From the NCBI GenBank assembly GCA_951406725.2, contig OX597824.1, forward strand, positions 41,664,001-41,728,000: DNA of 64,000 nt, written 5' to 3'. Positions 54,514-64,000 of this stretch are shown in pieces. A program made the translations under genes and the position numbers. Within the stretch, counting starts at the first letter, position 1; each line of letters opens with the position of its first letter. This DNA is from Octopus vulgaris. Its lineage: Eukaryota. Under the pieces are notes generated by a model that was not told the origin of the DNA, did no database searches, and saw nothing but the letters and a program-made list of their open reading frames with translations.

Positions 54514-54910
54514 CGTTCTATACAACATTCTTTTTGTTTATATATTTTGCTTTATATAATCTCATCTCCCAAAAGACAACAACAACACCCAAAAAACTCT
54601 GATCACATGCGCAGTGAAAATAGGGGATCAGGTGTTGGTATTTAAACTACCGCAGTCACAAAAGCGGCGGGAATAATCCACCTAGCACCCAAACCAAACC
54701 TTAATGAAAATATAAAAGCAAAAAGTAAAAAAAAAAAATAAATGAATAAAAATCTAAAAATAATGCAAGCAAAATATATTTCTTTCTCAGGGAGAAAATA
54801 ACAGAAGGGGTTTATGGAAAGAGGATGTGCGAAAAAACAAAAAATGGTAATAACAACAGATTTAATAAAATAAATGGTAAACCCCATAAAAATCTATTTT
54901 AGCCAATCAG
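54267..54910 (-). promoter_or_regulatory. Candidate promoter and non-coding first exon
   Basis: AGCCAATCAG (54901), GGCGGGAA (54666), CATGCGCAGT (54606), AAAATGGCG (54396), minus-strand AG|GTGAGT at 54273/54272; about 2 kb without recognisable TEs. Confidence 0.35.
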
Positions 54911-55179
54911 CGTTCAACTTTCCGCTTACTGTCGTTTTAAATGTAACATTGACCATTTAATGTAATTATGTATGTGTGAATACACATATAGATACACAAT
55001 TATACTTACAAAAATACATACATGCTTATAAGTACACGACGTATAATTAAATTGAAATAAAATCACACGTAAAAGTTCCCAAAATTATATACATATAAAT
55101 TAATGTGTGTGTGTGTGCGTATATATATATATATATATATATATTATTGGCTAAACTGGAAACAAGACCATTTCCAAAT

Positions 55180-55266
<87 letters not shown>

Positions 55267-55486
55267 TGTATGTATGTATGTATGACAAGTTATAAATAAT
55301 GGTCATGGCATAACTTTCCATTACTAGAACAAATTTGCCTTACAGCTGTTTTCAGTAGTCATTATAGGTATGTTACTAATAGGTTTACTCAATTGATCCG
55401 CTGAGAAAAATTGAACAACCTTAAAAAGTTAATGCTCCTTTCGTGACAGTAATTTCTAGTTATAACAAAGCAGAACACCAAAGGAA

Positions 55487-55521
<35 letters not shown>

Positions 55522-55596
55522 ACACACAAATGTAAGTGGAAGGGCACTATATATATATGTATATATACACGCACACATACATGCATGCATGCATCC

Positions 55597-55708
<112 letters not shown>

Positions 55709-55740
55709 CATATATGGATGGATAGATGGATGAATTTATA

Positions 55741-56045
55741 GATCACAGAAAGATATATAGCTAAGTTATTTGCAGAATGTGAAAGGCACAGTCGATCCCA
55801 GAAGGATGAAAGATGAAATTAATATCGGAATGTGAATAGTAAAGTTTGTCTCAGAAAAATATGTAGCAAAGTTGTTTGCAGAATGAGAAAGCCAGGGCTG
55901 ATCTCAGAACCTGAAAGGTAAAGTTGCTTACAGAACATGAAAAGTAAAGTTGATCCCGGTAGGATGAAAGGCGAAATTGTTTTCAGGAACTGAAAGGCAA
56001 TGTTGATCCGAGAAAGTGGAATAGAATGTTGATCCTAGATAGAAA
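55741..56045. repeat. Degenerate 25-27-bp minisatellite (about 11-12 units)
   Basis: Units resemble GATCCCAGAAGGATGAAAGGCAAAGTT. Confidence 0.75.
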
Positions 56046-56169
56046 TGCATTAAAAATTTCCGACTGTGTCCATCACAGAAAAATGATACTAAAATAAGCA
56101 GAAACAAATGAAAAAAATGTCTACAAGAATTGGCGACCAAATAAGCAGAAACAAATGAAAAATATGTTT

Positions 56170-56570
56170 GCAAGAATTGGCGACCAAATCGCCGTCATTT
56201 TGAAAAGTAAATAGATATTATGAATAATTGCACTATTTATATAATGAATAACTGCAGCTATTAAAATGGTAATTATAATAGAAAACTGAGAAATACGTGC
56301 AGCGTTGATCAACCGAAAAAGAACTAGTTCTTTCCCATGAGAACGCCCGACCACATATGTTGCAAACAACTGCATATTTTGAACGAACTGGTCTACAAAA
56401 ATCCTTCTCTTAGACCTCTCTTCGGCCGATGTCCACTTTTTCAAGTACCTCGATAATTTCATAATAATGTACGAGTTCAAAATACCTTCGAAGAATTCAT
56501 TAATTCCAGTAATTCAGAACTTATTCGCTACAACGGATAAACTGTCATAGGTATAATATAGTTTCTAATT
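56170..56570 (+). mobile_element. Mariner remnant
   Basis: (L)SHENARPH..DLSSADVHFFKYLDNF; a 47-bp tandem duplication just upstream (56092-56189). Confidence 0.65.
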
Positions 56571-56654
56571 TAAGCATAAAGCTAACTTTCGTAAGGAGGA
56601 GGTTAGATATTGCTACAGACTCCAGTACATGACCGGTATTTATTTCTTAGCCGT

Positions 56655-56990
56655 ATTGCTTAGCCGTATTTCGTCTGTCGTTACGTTCTGAGTTCAAATT
56701 CCGCCGAGGTCGTCTTTGCCTTTCATCCTTTCGGGGTCGATAAACTAAGTACCAGGTACGCACTGGGGTCGATGTGATCGACTTAATACCTATGTCTGTC
56801 CTTGTTTGTCCCCTCCATGTTTAGCCCCTTGTGGGTAATAAAGAAATACGTATTTATTTCATCATGTCTGAAAGGATGAAAGTCAACGCTTACTTCAACT
56901 GGATTTGAACTCAGAAGGCGAAGAGCTGGAAGAAATACCGCAACACCTTTTGTCTTGGAGGCTCAAACGATTTTGCTAATCCAGTGCCGC
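56655..56990. mobile_element. Young SINE B (+, 56655-56850) adjoining an older SINE B (-)
   Basis: Family B consensus on both strands. Confidence 0.82.
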
Positions 56991-57904
56991 AGATGAGTGA
57001 AAAAGAGACAGGATGGTCGTATTTAGAACAGCGGTTAGACAATAAATATTCGTCAAAGAAAGCCATAGTAATAAAAATGAAAGAAACAGAAAAAAGTATA
57101 AAGAAAAATACAAGAAAACTAAAGCAATCAACGACAAAAAGTAGCTTTGAAAATATTTCGACGAAATCCTGGTTTTTATCTTTCCATAACAACATTAATT
57201 TCCTCTTTAGGGCCTTACTCTCGTGTTGAGTTGCCAACGTTCTCTTTACTTCTTACTTAGCTTAACATGAAAATAAACGTAAACATTGGTTCGTGTGCCG
57301 CTATCACACTCCATCCCCGACTGTTATTTTCCAACCACTCCCTCCCTTGGCCGAACACAGCTAATGAAGAAGGTTACCTCTCCACCACACCCATGATCCG
57401 TGCTATTTGCCGCTATCACAGATGGCCCGGTCCATCTGTCAGCACTCGACGGCTTGTCTGCTTCACTATTGACAATGGCGCTCGTGATTTCAACGTCCAT
57501 CTGGCCAGAGTTGTATCACAGTAGTATCGGTGGCGGTGGTGGGGGTTCGGTAGCGATGGTGGTGGTGGTCGTTATGGTGGTAGTGGTGTCGATGGAGATG
57601 GTTCAGGTTGCGGTAGTGGTTATGGTGATCTCTCTGGTGGTTGTGACTAGTAGCTGGTGGTTGTTTTAATAGCTGCTAAGGTAGTATCTGCAGTGGTTGG
57701 TGTTGGTAGTTGTAAGGATGGGGTGATAGTATCGGTGGTGCCTGAGGTGTTGACTGTGAGAGTGATGACGGTGGTTGCGGCTGTAGTGGTGTCTGTGGTA
57801 GTATAGATCATGGCGATAGTGGTGGTAGTGATGATGTTAGTGGTTGTAGTGATTGTAGTGGTGGTGCTGTTGGTAGTAATAACTGTGGCTGTTGTAGCGG
57901 AGGT

Positions 57905-58182
57905 AATCGGGCTTATAGTCATGAGATAGTGAGTTCGATTCCCGGTCCAGGCTGTGTGTTGTATTTTTGAGCAAGACGTAGAAAGGAACAGTGACGTCAC
58001 TGGTGCGAAGGTTGTATGGGCTTCAGCCTTTCCCTTGAATAACATCGGTGGCGCGGAAATGGGAGGGTGGTATGCATGGGTGACTGCTGGTCTTCTATAA
58101 ACAACTTTGCCCGGACTTGTGCCTCTGAGGGTAACTTTCTAGGTGCAATCCCATGGTCATTCATGACCGAAGGAGGTCTTTA
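57905..58182 (+). mobile_element. SINE family D
   Basis: B box gagttcgattccc; tail ctaggtgcaatcccatggtcattcatgaccgaaggagg. Confidence 0.82.
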
Positions 58183-58356
58183 CCATAAGCAGTAATATTA
58201 GTAGTGGTGATAATGACGTCAACGGTGGTGGTAGGGATCGTAGTACTGGTACTAATAAATACGGTAGTAATGATGCTGGTGGAGGTGGCAGAGGTGGAAG
58301 TATAGTATCATAGGACTGTTAGTAGATGTAGCAGTTGATATCAATAAAAACAAACA

Positions 58357-58528
58357 AGGCGCAGGAGTGGCTGTGTGGTAAGTAGCTTGTTAACCAACCA
58401 CATGGTTCCGGGTTCAATCCCACTGCGTGGCATCTTGGGCAAGTGTCTTCTGCTATAGCCCCGGGCCGACCAATGCCTTGTGAGTGGATTTGGTAGACGG
58501 AAACTGAAAGAAGCCTGTCGTATATATG

Positions 58529-58559
<31 letters not shown>

Positions 58560-58770
58560 TTGTGTGTCTGTGTTTGTCCCCCTAGCATTGCTTGACAACC
58601 GATGCTGGTGTGTTTACGTCCCCGTCACTTAGCGGTTCGGCAAAAGAGACTGATAGAATAAGTACTGGGCTTACAAAGAATAAGTCCCGGGGTCGATTTG
58701 CTCGACTAAAGGCGGTGCTCCAGCATGGCCGCAGTCAAATGACTGAAACAAGTAAAAGAGTAAAAGAGTA
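58357..58770 (+). mobile_element. SINE family A, young full-length reference copy
   Basis: A box tggctgtgtgg, B box gggttcaatccc, internal microsatellite, (AGTAAAAG)n tail. Confidence 0.95.
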
Positions 58771-59048
58771 AACAAAAAACACCATTGTCATTGATACCGA
58801 ATCCCCTCAAACCCATACCAACCTCTGAAGGGGTTTAGACAAGCCTACCTCATCTTAGGACAAAACCCACCTCGGTTACATTTTTACCTGTTTTTGAACT
58901 TTAATATCATCTAATATCAAAATATTAAAGCATTGACTTATAAAAATGCTTAATATTATGGTTGCACAACGAAATACCGTTTCCCTATAAGTCATTAATA
59001 TTTATGTAGCAGCTCCCAGGAATGTGATTAATATGCAAAATTGGTATA

Positions 59049-59197
59049 CCGTCACTTAGCGGTTCGGCAAAAGAGACCGATAGAATAAGTACTGGGCTTA
59101 CAAAGAATAAGTCCCGGGGTCGATTTGCTCGACTAAAGGCGGTGCTCCAGCATGGCCGCAGTCAAATGACTGAAACAAGTAAAAGAGTAAAAAAGAG
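59049..59197 (+). mobile_element. 5'-truncated SINE A, near-identical to 58622-58770
   Basis: One difference by eye; GTATACC on both flanks (TSD-like). Confidence 0.88.
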
Positions 59198-59384
59198 TAT
59201 ACCCAATAGCGTTACATAACCATATGCAGTGGCTAATTAAGCAATGAGTTTGTGGATGGTAAATGGGTTGGATGGGTGCTGATGAAGGAGCAAAGACTCA
59301 CGGAATAAGGCGTATACGTCCATTATGCATTTTTTTCAATTTCGATCTCACTGTTTACCTCTAACGTCTCAGACACTAAACTTT

Positions 59385-59885
59385 TCTACTTTAGGCACAA
59401 GACCCGAAATTTTCGGGGAGGGGGCCAGTCGATTAGACTGACCTCAGTACAGAACTGGTACTTAATTTATCGACCCCGAAAGGATGAAAGACAAAATCGA
59501 CCTCAGCGGAATTTGAACTCAGAACGTAAAGACAGACGAAATACCTATTTCTTTATTACCCACAAGGGGCTAAACACAGAGAGGACAAACAAGGACAGAC
59601 ATAGGTATTAAGTCGATTACATCGACCCCAGTGCGTAATTGGTACTTAATTTATCGACCCCGAAAGGATGAAAGACAAAATCGACCTCAGCAGAATTTGA
59701 ACTCAGAACGTAAAGACAGACGAAATACCGCTAAGCATTTCGCCCGGCATCCTAACGTTTCTTATTTCTTTATTGCCCACGAGGGGCTAAACATAGAGGG
59801 GACAAACAAAGACTGACAAAGGGATTAAGTCGATTACATCGATCCAAGTGCGTAACTGGTACTTCATTTATCGACCTCGAAAGGA
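59385..59885 (-). mobile_element. Multimeric SINE family B
   Basis: Three repeats of ggtactt..tttatcgacc.cgaaaggat. Confidence 0.9.
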
Positions 59886-59939
59886 TATATATATATATAT
59901 ATATATATATGCATGCAAACAGAAAGAATGCAAAGCCTG

Positions 59940-60402
59940 AACATTTTCAGACGATGAATATTTAAGTATAAATATTTAGGAATATTTATATATTAATGGA
60001 TCAAACTTACACAGAGTACAAACGACAGAGAAAACTGAAAGCATAAGATGTATGGTGTTATAAGTCCAACAGCTGTTTCGTGGGGGGGGGGGGGCAAAGA
60101 GACCCATCATAATGTTAGAAGATGTAATTTACCAAAATATGCAGCGCGTAATGAAAGCAAATAAACATTGGATAAATCGAACCTACGTCATCTGGGTAGA
60201 AAAAAATCTTACATTTCAGGTCATGATGCAAAGAAGTTTAAAGGTACATTGATAAAGGAGGCTAGATTTATCTAATTAGGAGTTGCATATTTTGGTGAAG
60301 TACATCTACCAATATTACGGTGGTTCTCCGATACCCCAGAATTAGCTGTTGGACTTATAACACCTTACTTCTCCCCACTTGAATATTCATCGTCTGAAAA
60401 TT
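59940..60402. repeat. Diverged fold-back of a PLE-type terminus
   Basis: ggtgttataagtccaacagct / agctgttggacttataacacc; ttttcagacgatgaatatt / aatattcatcgtctgaaaa; minus strand GAAACAGCTGT. Confidence 0.65.
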
Positions 60403-60638
60403 CCGTCTTTGTTTTCTCTCTCTTTCCATGCCTATACACGTATATATATGTAAATTGTATATTATACCCAAGCTATTACATCTAATTTGTTTATCCGCAT
60501 AATTGCCTCCATATCTACTCACTTGGATTCCTCTTCTAGCCACTCTTTACTCCTCGTAAAGACGTTGGAATCTAAGTTCGAATCATTTAAGCGCTACTAA
60601 GTGTTTCCAATACACAGAATCTCTGGATCTCATCCGTT

Positions 60639-60713
<75 letters not shown>

Positions 60714-61424
60714 AAAATAGGACAAGGCAGAAAATGCTAAAATAATTTTATCATGAAGAACATTTTAGTACCGGTTTCAGTTTTTGCAACTTTTTCAACT
60801 TAGAGTAAAGCATAAAAAGCAATTAAATTGCGGAAAAATGAAATGAAATGTTTAAAAAGAAATATTTCCATAGTTTTCAAATACTTAGGGCATTTTCTTT
60901 TTTCCTGTCTGTCTCTCTCTCTCTCTCTCTTTTACTTTTATGAAAGCTCGGTTGGTAGGTAGTAGTAGGTCTGAAGGAATATTTAACATGAGGGATGTGT
61001 GTCCTTGGTTTTAATTGTTTACGCAGCAGTAACCGAGGAAGGAGACGGCGAAGAAGAAGGAGGAGAGGAAGAAGGAGAGAAAGAAGAAGAAAGTATGAAA
61101 GGAAGAGAGAGAGAGAGAGAATAAGAAAAAGATGGGAGTGGTATGACAGTAATAGGATGTTAGTGGAGTTTAAATGGTCAAGTGACCTAAATGTGACCTG
61201 TTGTGGTTATAGTAGTCGTGATTGGAATTACTCTGAATGAATTCATGGGCAGTGACTGTTCTAAATAAATCGTTTTTAATATTTGCTAGGGCATTAAGGC
61301 CCTTGCTGTAGTGTCATTTGTGGTGGAAGCATTTAAAAGGGGTTTATGATTTGCCATAAAATATGCCTATTTGCTAATGCGCTGATTATAGGTTGTTTAT
61401 AATATATTTATGTATATGTATGTG

Positions 61425-61578
61425 GCGTAGTCAATAAACACATGTATTAGTTTAACGCTCGGGAAGTGAAAAAAATATTTAACGGTTCGAGCCTACGCTC
61501 TTCCACAGAAAAGAACACACAAAGAAACAAGGAGAGAAAATAAAGAATGCGTAGTGGCTAGCGATATATCATGGCGAA
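61425..61578 (-). mobile_element. Hammerhead-bearing mini-element, variant subfamily, copy 8
   Basis: Minus strand CTGTGGA-A-GAGC-GTAG-GCTC-GAAC; aligns to 11744-11945. Confidence 0.7.
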
Positions 61579-61590
61579 TATATATATATG

Positions 61591-61638
<48 letters not shown>

Positions 61639-61799
61639 TGCGTGCGTGTGTGTGTACCATACAAATGATAATAATATTTGAAACGCTGAAACGCCGTTAG
61701 ATCAACAGAAATATTGGGTAAATTGCCCTTACAACGCGGAAAATATTTCCGCTTTGTAACTATATTTTATCCAATATTTTTGCTGTTCTAATGTTTCAA

Positions 61800-62725
61800 C
61801 TTTCGAAAAAAAGATTGTGAGCGTAGTGGACGCCCATCAGTCATCAATGACGGTCAATTAAAGACCGTCATTGAGAAAGGTCCACGTAAAACCATCTGAG
61901 AACTGGCAAAAGAACTTCAAGTTAACCAGAAAACTGTCTGCAACCATTTGCATGCGATAGGAAAATAAAAGGAGCTCGACAAATGGGTACCACACGATTT
62001 GAATGAAAATCAGAGAATGCGCAGATATGGAATTTGCTCGTCGTTTCTTTTCCGTGACCAGACCGATCCATTTTTCGACCGTGTTGTAACTTGCGATGAA
62101 AAGTAGATTCTGTACAATAATAAAAAACGTTCTTCGCAGTAGTTGCACCAAAATGAAGCACCGAAAACCTGAGCTCTTCAAAAAGAAGGTTATGAGGACT
62201 GTTTGGTGTTGTACTACTGGATTCATCCACTATAACTACCTAAAACTCGGAAAAACCATTACTGCAGAAACGTATTGACATGAAATTGCCAAAATGAACG
62301 AAAAACTTACTCCTCCGTCCGAGACTGGTCAATAGAAGAGGCCAAACGTTCTTCATGACAATGCTCCACCACATATTTCACTAATAAGTTGCAGAAATTG
62401 AGGGAACTTGGATACAAAGTTCTTCCCCATCGAGTTTATTCCATACACGTTTCTCCTACCGACTACCACTTTTTCAAGCATCTTGGTTTCCTGCGAGAGA
62501 AAGAGTTTAAAAATGAAACCAATGCTGAAAGTGTGTTCAAGGAGTTCAGCAGCTGCAGAACTGTAGATTTGTATGTTACCGGAACAAACAAACTTGTAAC
62601 TTGTTGGCAAGAATGTGTTGATTGTAATGGTACTTAGTTTTATGAATAAAATTTTCGCATTGCTGACATATATTGTGATGAATTTCATGTTTCAAAACGT
62701 TACTTAATTTTTACTCTGCCTTGTA
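61800..62725 (+). mobile_element. Mariner (DD34D) transposase pseudogene with right TIR
   Basis: SGRPSVI..WVPHDLNENQ..VVTCDEK*ILYNN..LHDNAPPH..VLPHRVYS..SPTDYHFFKHL. Confidence 0.93.
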
Positions 62726-63084
62726 TATATGCTTCTGAAAGCGGACATTTGGGCGAGTTGTGTGTGTGTTCAATTATACATGTAAAAGTGTGTAAGTGCT
62801 GAAATATCAAGGCATAGTTTAGTGGGAGTTGAGGTGTTGGTTATGTGTGTGTCATCATGTGTATATGTATGTGTGCGTGTATGTGTATCTGTACGTATGT
62901 CTCCGTGTGATAGTTGAGTTTGCGTGGAGAGGTGGAAGTGAGGAGGTGGATGAGGCCGGGAGTGTGAGACAAATGGGAAGGCAAGAGTAATGTAGAGGGT
63001 GTGGTAGATTTATTTGCAAATGTTTGAGTGTGAAACGTTTTTACATTGTCCGTTTTAAATGGTCCGAAATGAATAAGGGCCAAA

Positions 63085-63281
63085 TAATGAAGGCATCTCA
63101 ACGATTCCGGACCCGCATGGAAGCAGTCGTAGAAACTAAAGGCAGAGTTATTGAATAATCTTACAGGAAATCTTATCAAGAACATGTGCAAATTTTTTTA
63201 TGACAATATATTTAGACTTCAGCAAGATTGTGGTTGTTTTATTAAATTACTGAATGTGTCCTCAAATACTTCTCGCCCCCT
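63085..63281 (+). mobile_element. Tc1/maT-like 3' remnant
   Basis: RFRTRMEAVVETKGRVIE* then TIR-like gtcctcaaatactt..cccta. Confidence 0.55.
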
Positions 63282-63499
63282 ATATGTGTGAGTATACCTA
63301 ACACACCCTGTCTCATGCAAAAGCAAAGAAAAAACCCTTAATAATGGTATTAAGTTGGAAGATAGTCCTGACTTTCAATACACACACACACACACACACA
63401 CATTATATCTCTTTTTTGTGAGCTCAAAGTGGAGGATATTTTCTTAATTTTAACGCCAATCACTTTCTCATTTTTGTTTGCGGCGTTTCCATGTTTTAT

Positions 63500-64000
63500 G
63501 ACTGAACGTTTCGATGTCTAAAACATACTTTACCGTATGGAACCAAATTGAGGCTGCGGGAGCAGCCTTCATTAAAGAAGCCACTGCTGGGATTTTCCGT
63601 TCCTTCAAGCACTTTTCCCTTTTTTCTACTAGCATCAAACAAGTCTGCAGCAACTCCCCCTTCCCTATCGCTTCTAGTTCTTACAATCTTTCGTGACATT
63701 TTCACAGTTGCCAGTGGAAAAGGGTTTCTTCTTTCTCACCGGGGCAGAGAATCGGTTTTTAGGTGTATGGCTTTGAGTGATGTCTACCCGCAAGCTCAGA
63801 GTACAAGATTTGCCTGACTATTATCGTATCTGGTAATTACGTTAATTATGTCGTAACCATCGGAGATGATGCTTTTTCAATTCTCCCGGTTTTCGGCCTT
63901 CGCGGCGTTTCTTTGTTATTAACATGGTCACCGCTTTTGTGGTTTAAAATCAGTTTTAGCTTTTTGTTTTTATTAAAACCCTCAAGCAGGTTTCGCAACC
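63500..64000 (-). pseudogene. RTE-clade LINE C-terminal remnant
   Basis: Minus strand HLRWLRH..LPDTIIVRQILYSELA resembles RLRWLGH..MPD.RLPKQILYSEL. Confidence 0.65.

Noticed and set aside
55741-56045. Possible CRISPR array
   Set aside because: Contiguous degenerate units without spacers, eukaryotic context, no cas genes
63468-63817. Cluster of short ORFs suggesting a host exon
   Set aside because: Explained by a decayed RTE C-terminus

Overview
AT-rich eukaryotic non-coding DNA dominated by microsatellites ((TA)n, (TG)n, (TATG)n, (TCTA)n, (TAA)n, (GAT)n, (TAG)n). The repeat families point to a cephalopod, probably Octopus; this is an inference. No intact host protein-coding gene is visible, and nearly all listed ORFs are microsatellite read-throughs. 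Recognisable content: several tRNA-headed SINE families (about 30 copies), two Penelope-like retroelement (PLE) remnants, three R4/Dong-type LINE fragments (two inside (TAA)n arrays), three RTE fragments, one CR1/L2-type 3' end, mariner/Tc1 remnants and a non-autonomous Helitron-like element. The most interesting signals are at the RNA level. (1) Eight co-oriented ~200-bp elements abut (TA)n and carry a minimal hammerhead ribozyme with stem covariation. (2) Several fold-back duplications carry hammerhead cores with long stem-II inserts. (3) A 554-bp non-coding element with fixed ends sits in (TAA)n beside Dong LINEs. (4) An ~850-bp highly structured element at 47.0-47.9 kb contains a 188-bp near-perfect inverted duplication. 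A weak candidate promoter and first exon at ~54.3-54.9 kb hint at a minus-strand host gene. All alignments and folds were done by eye.
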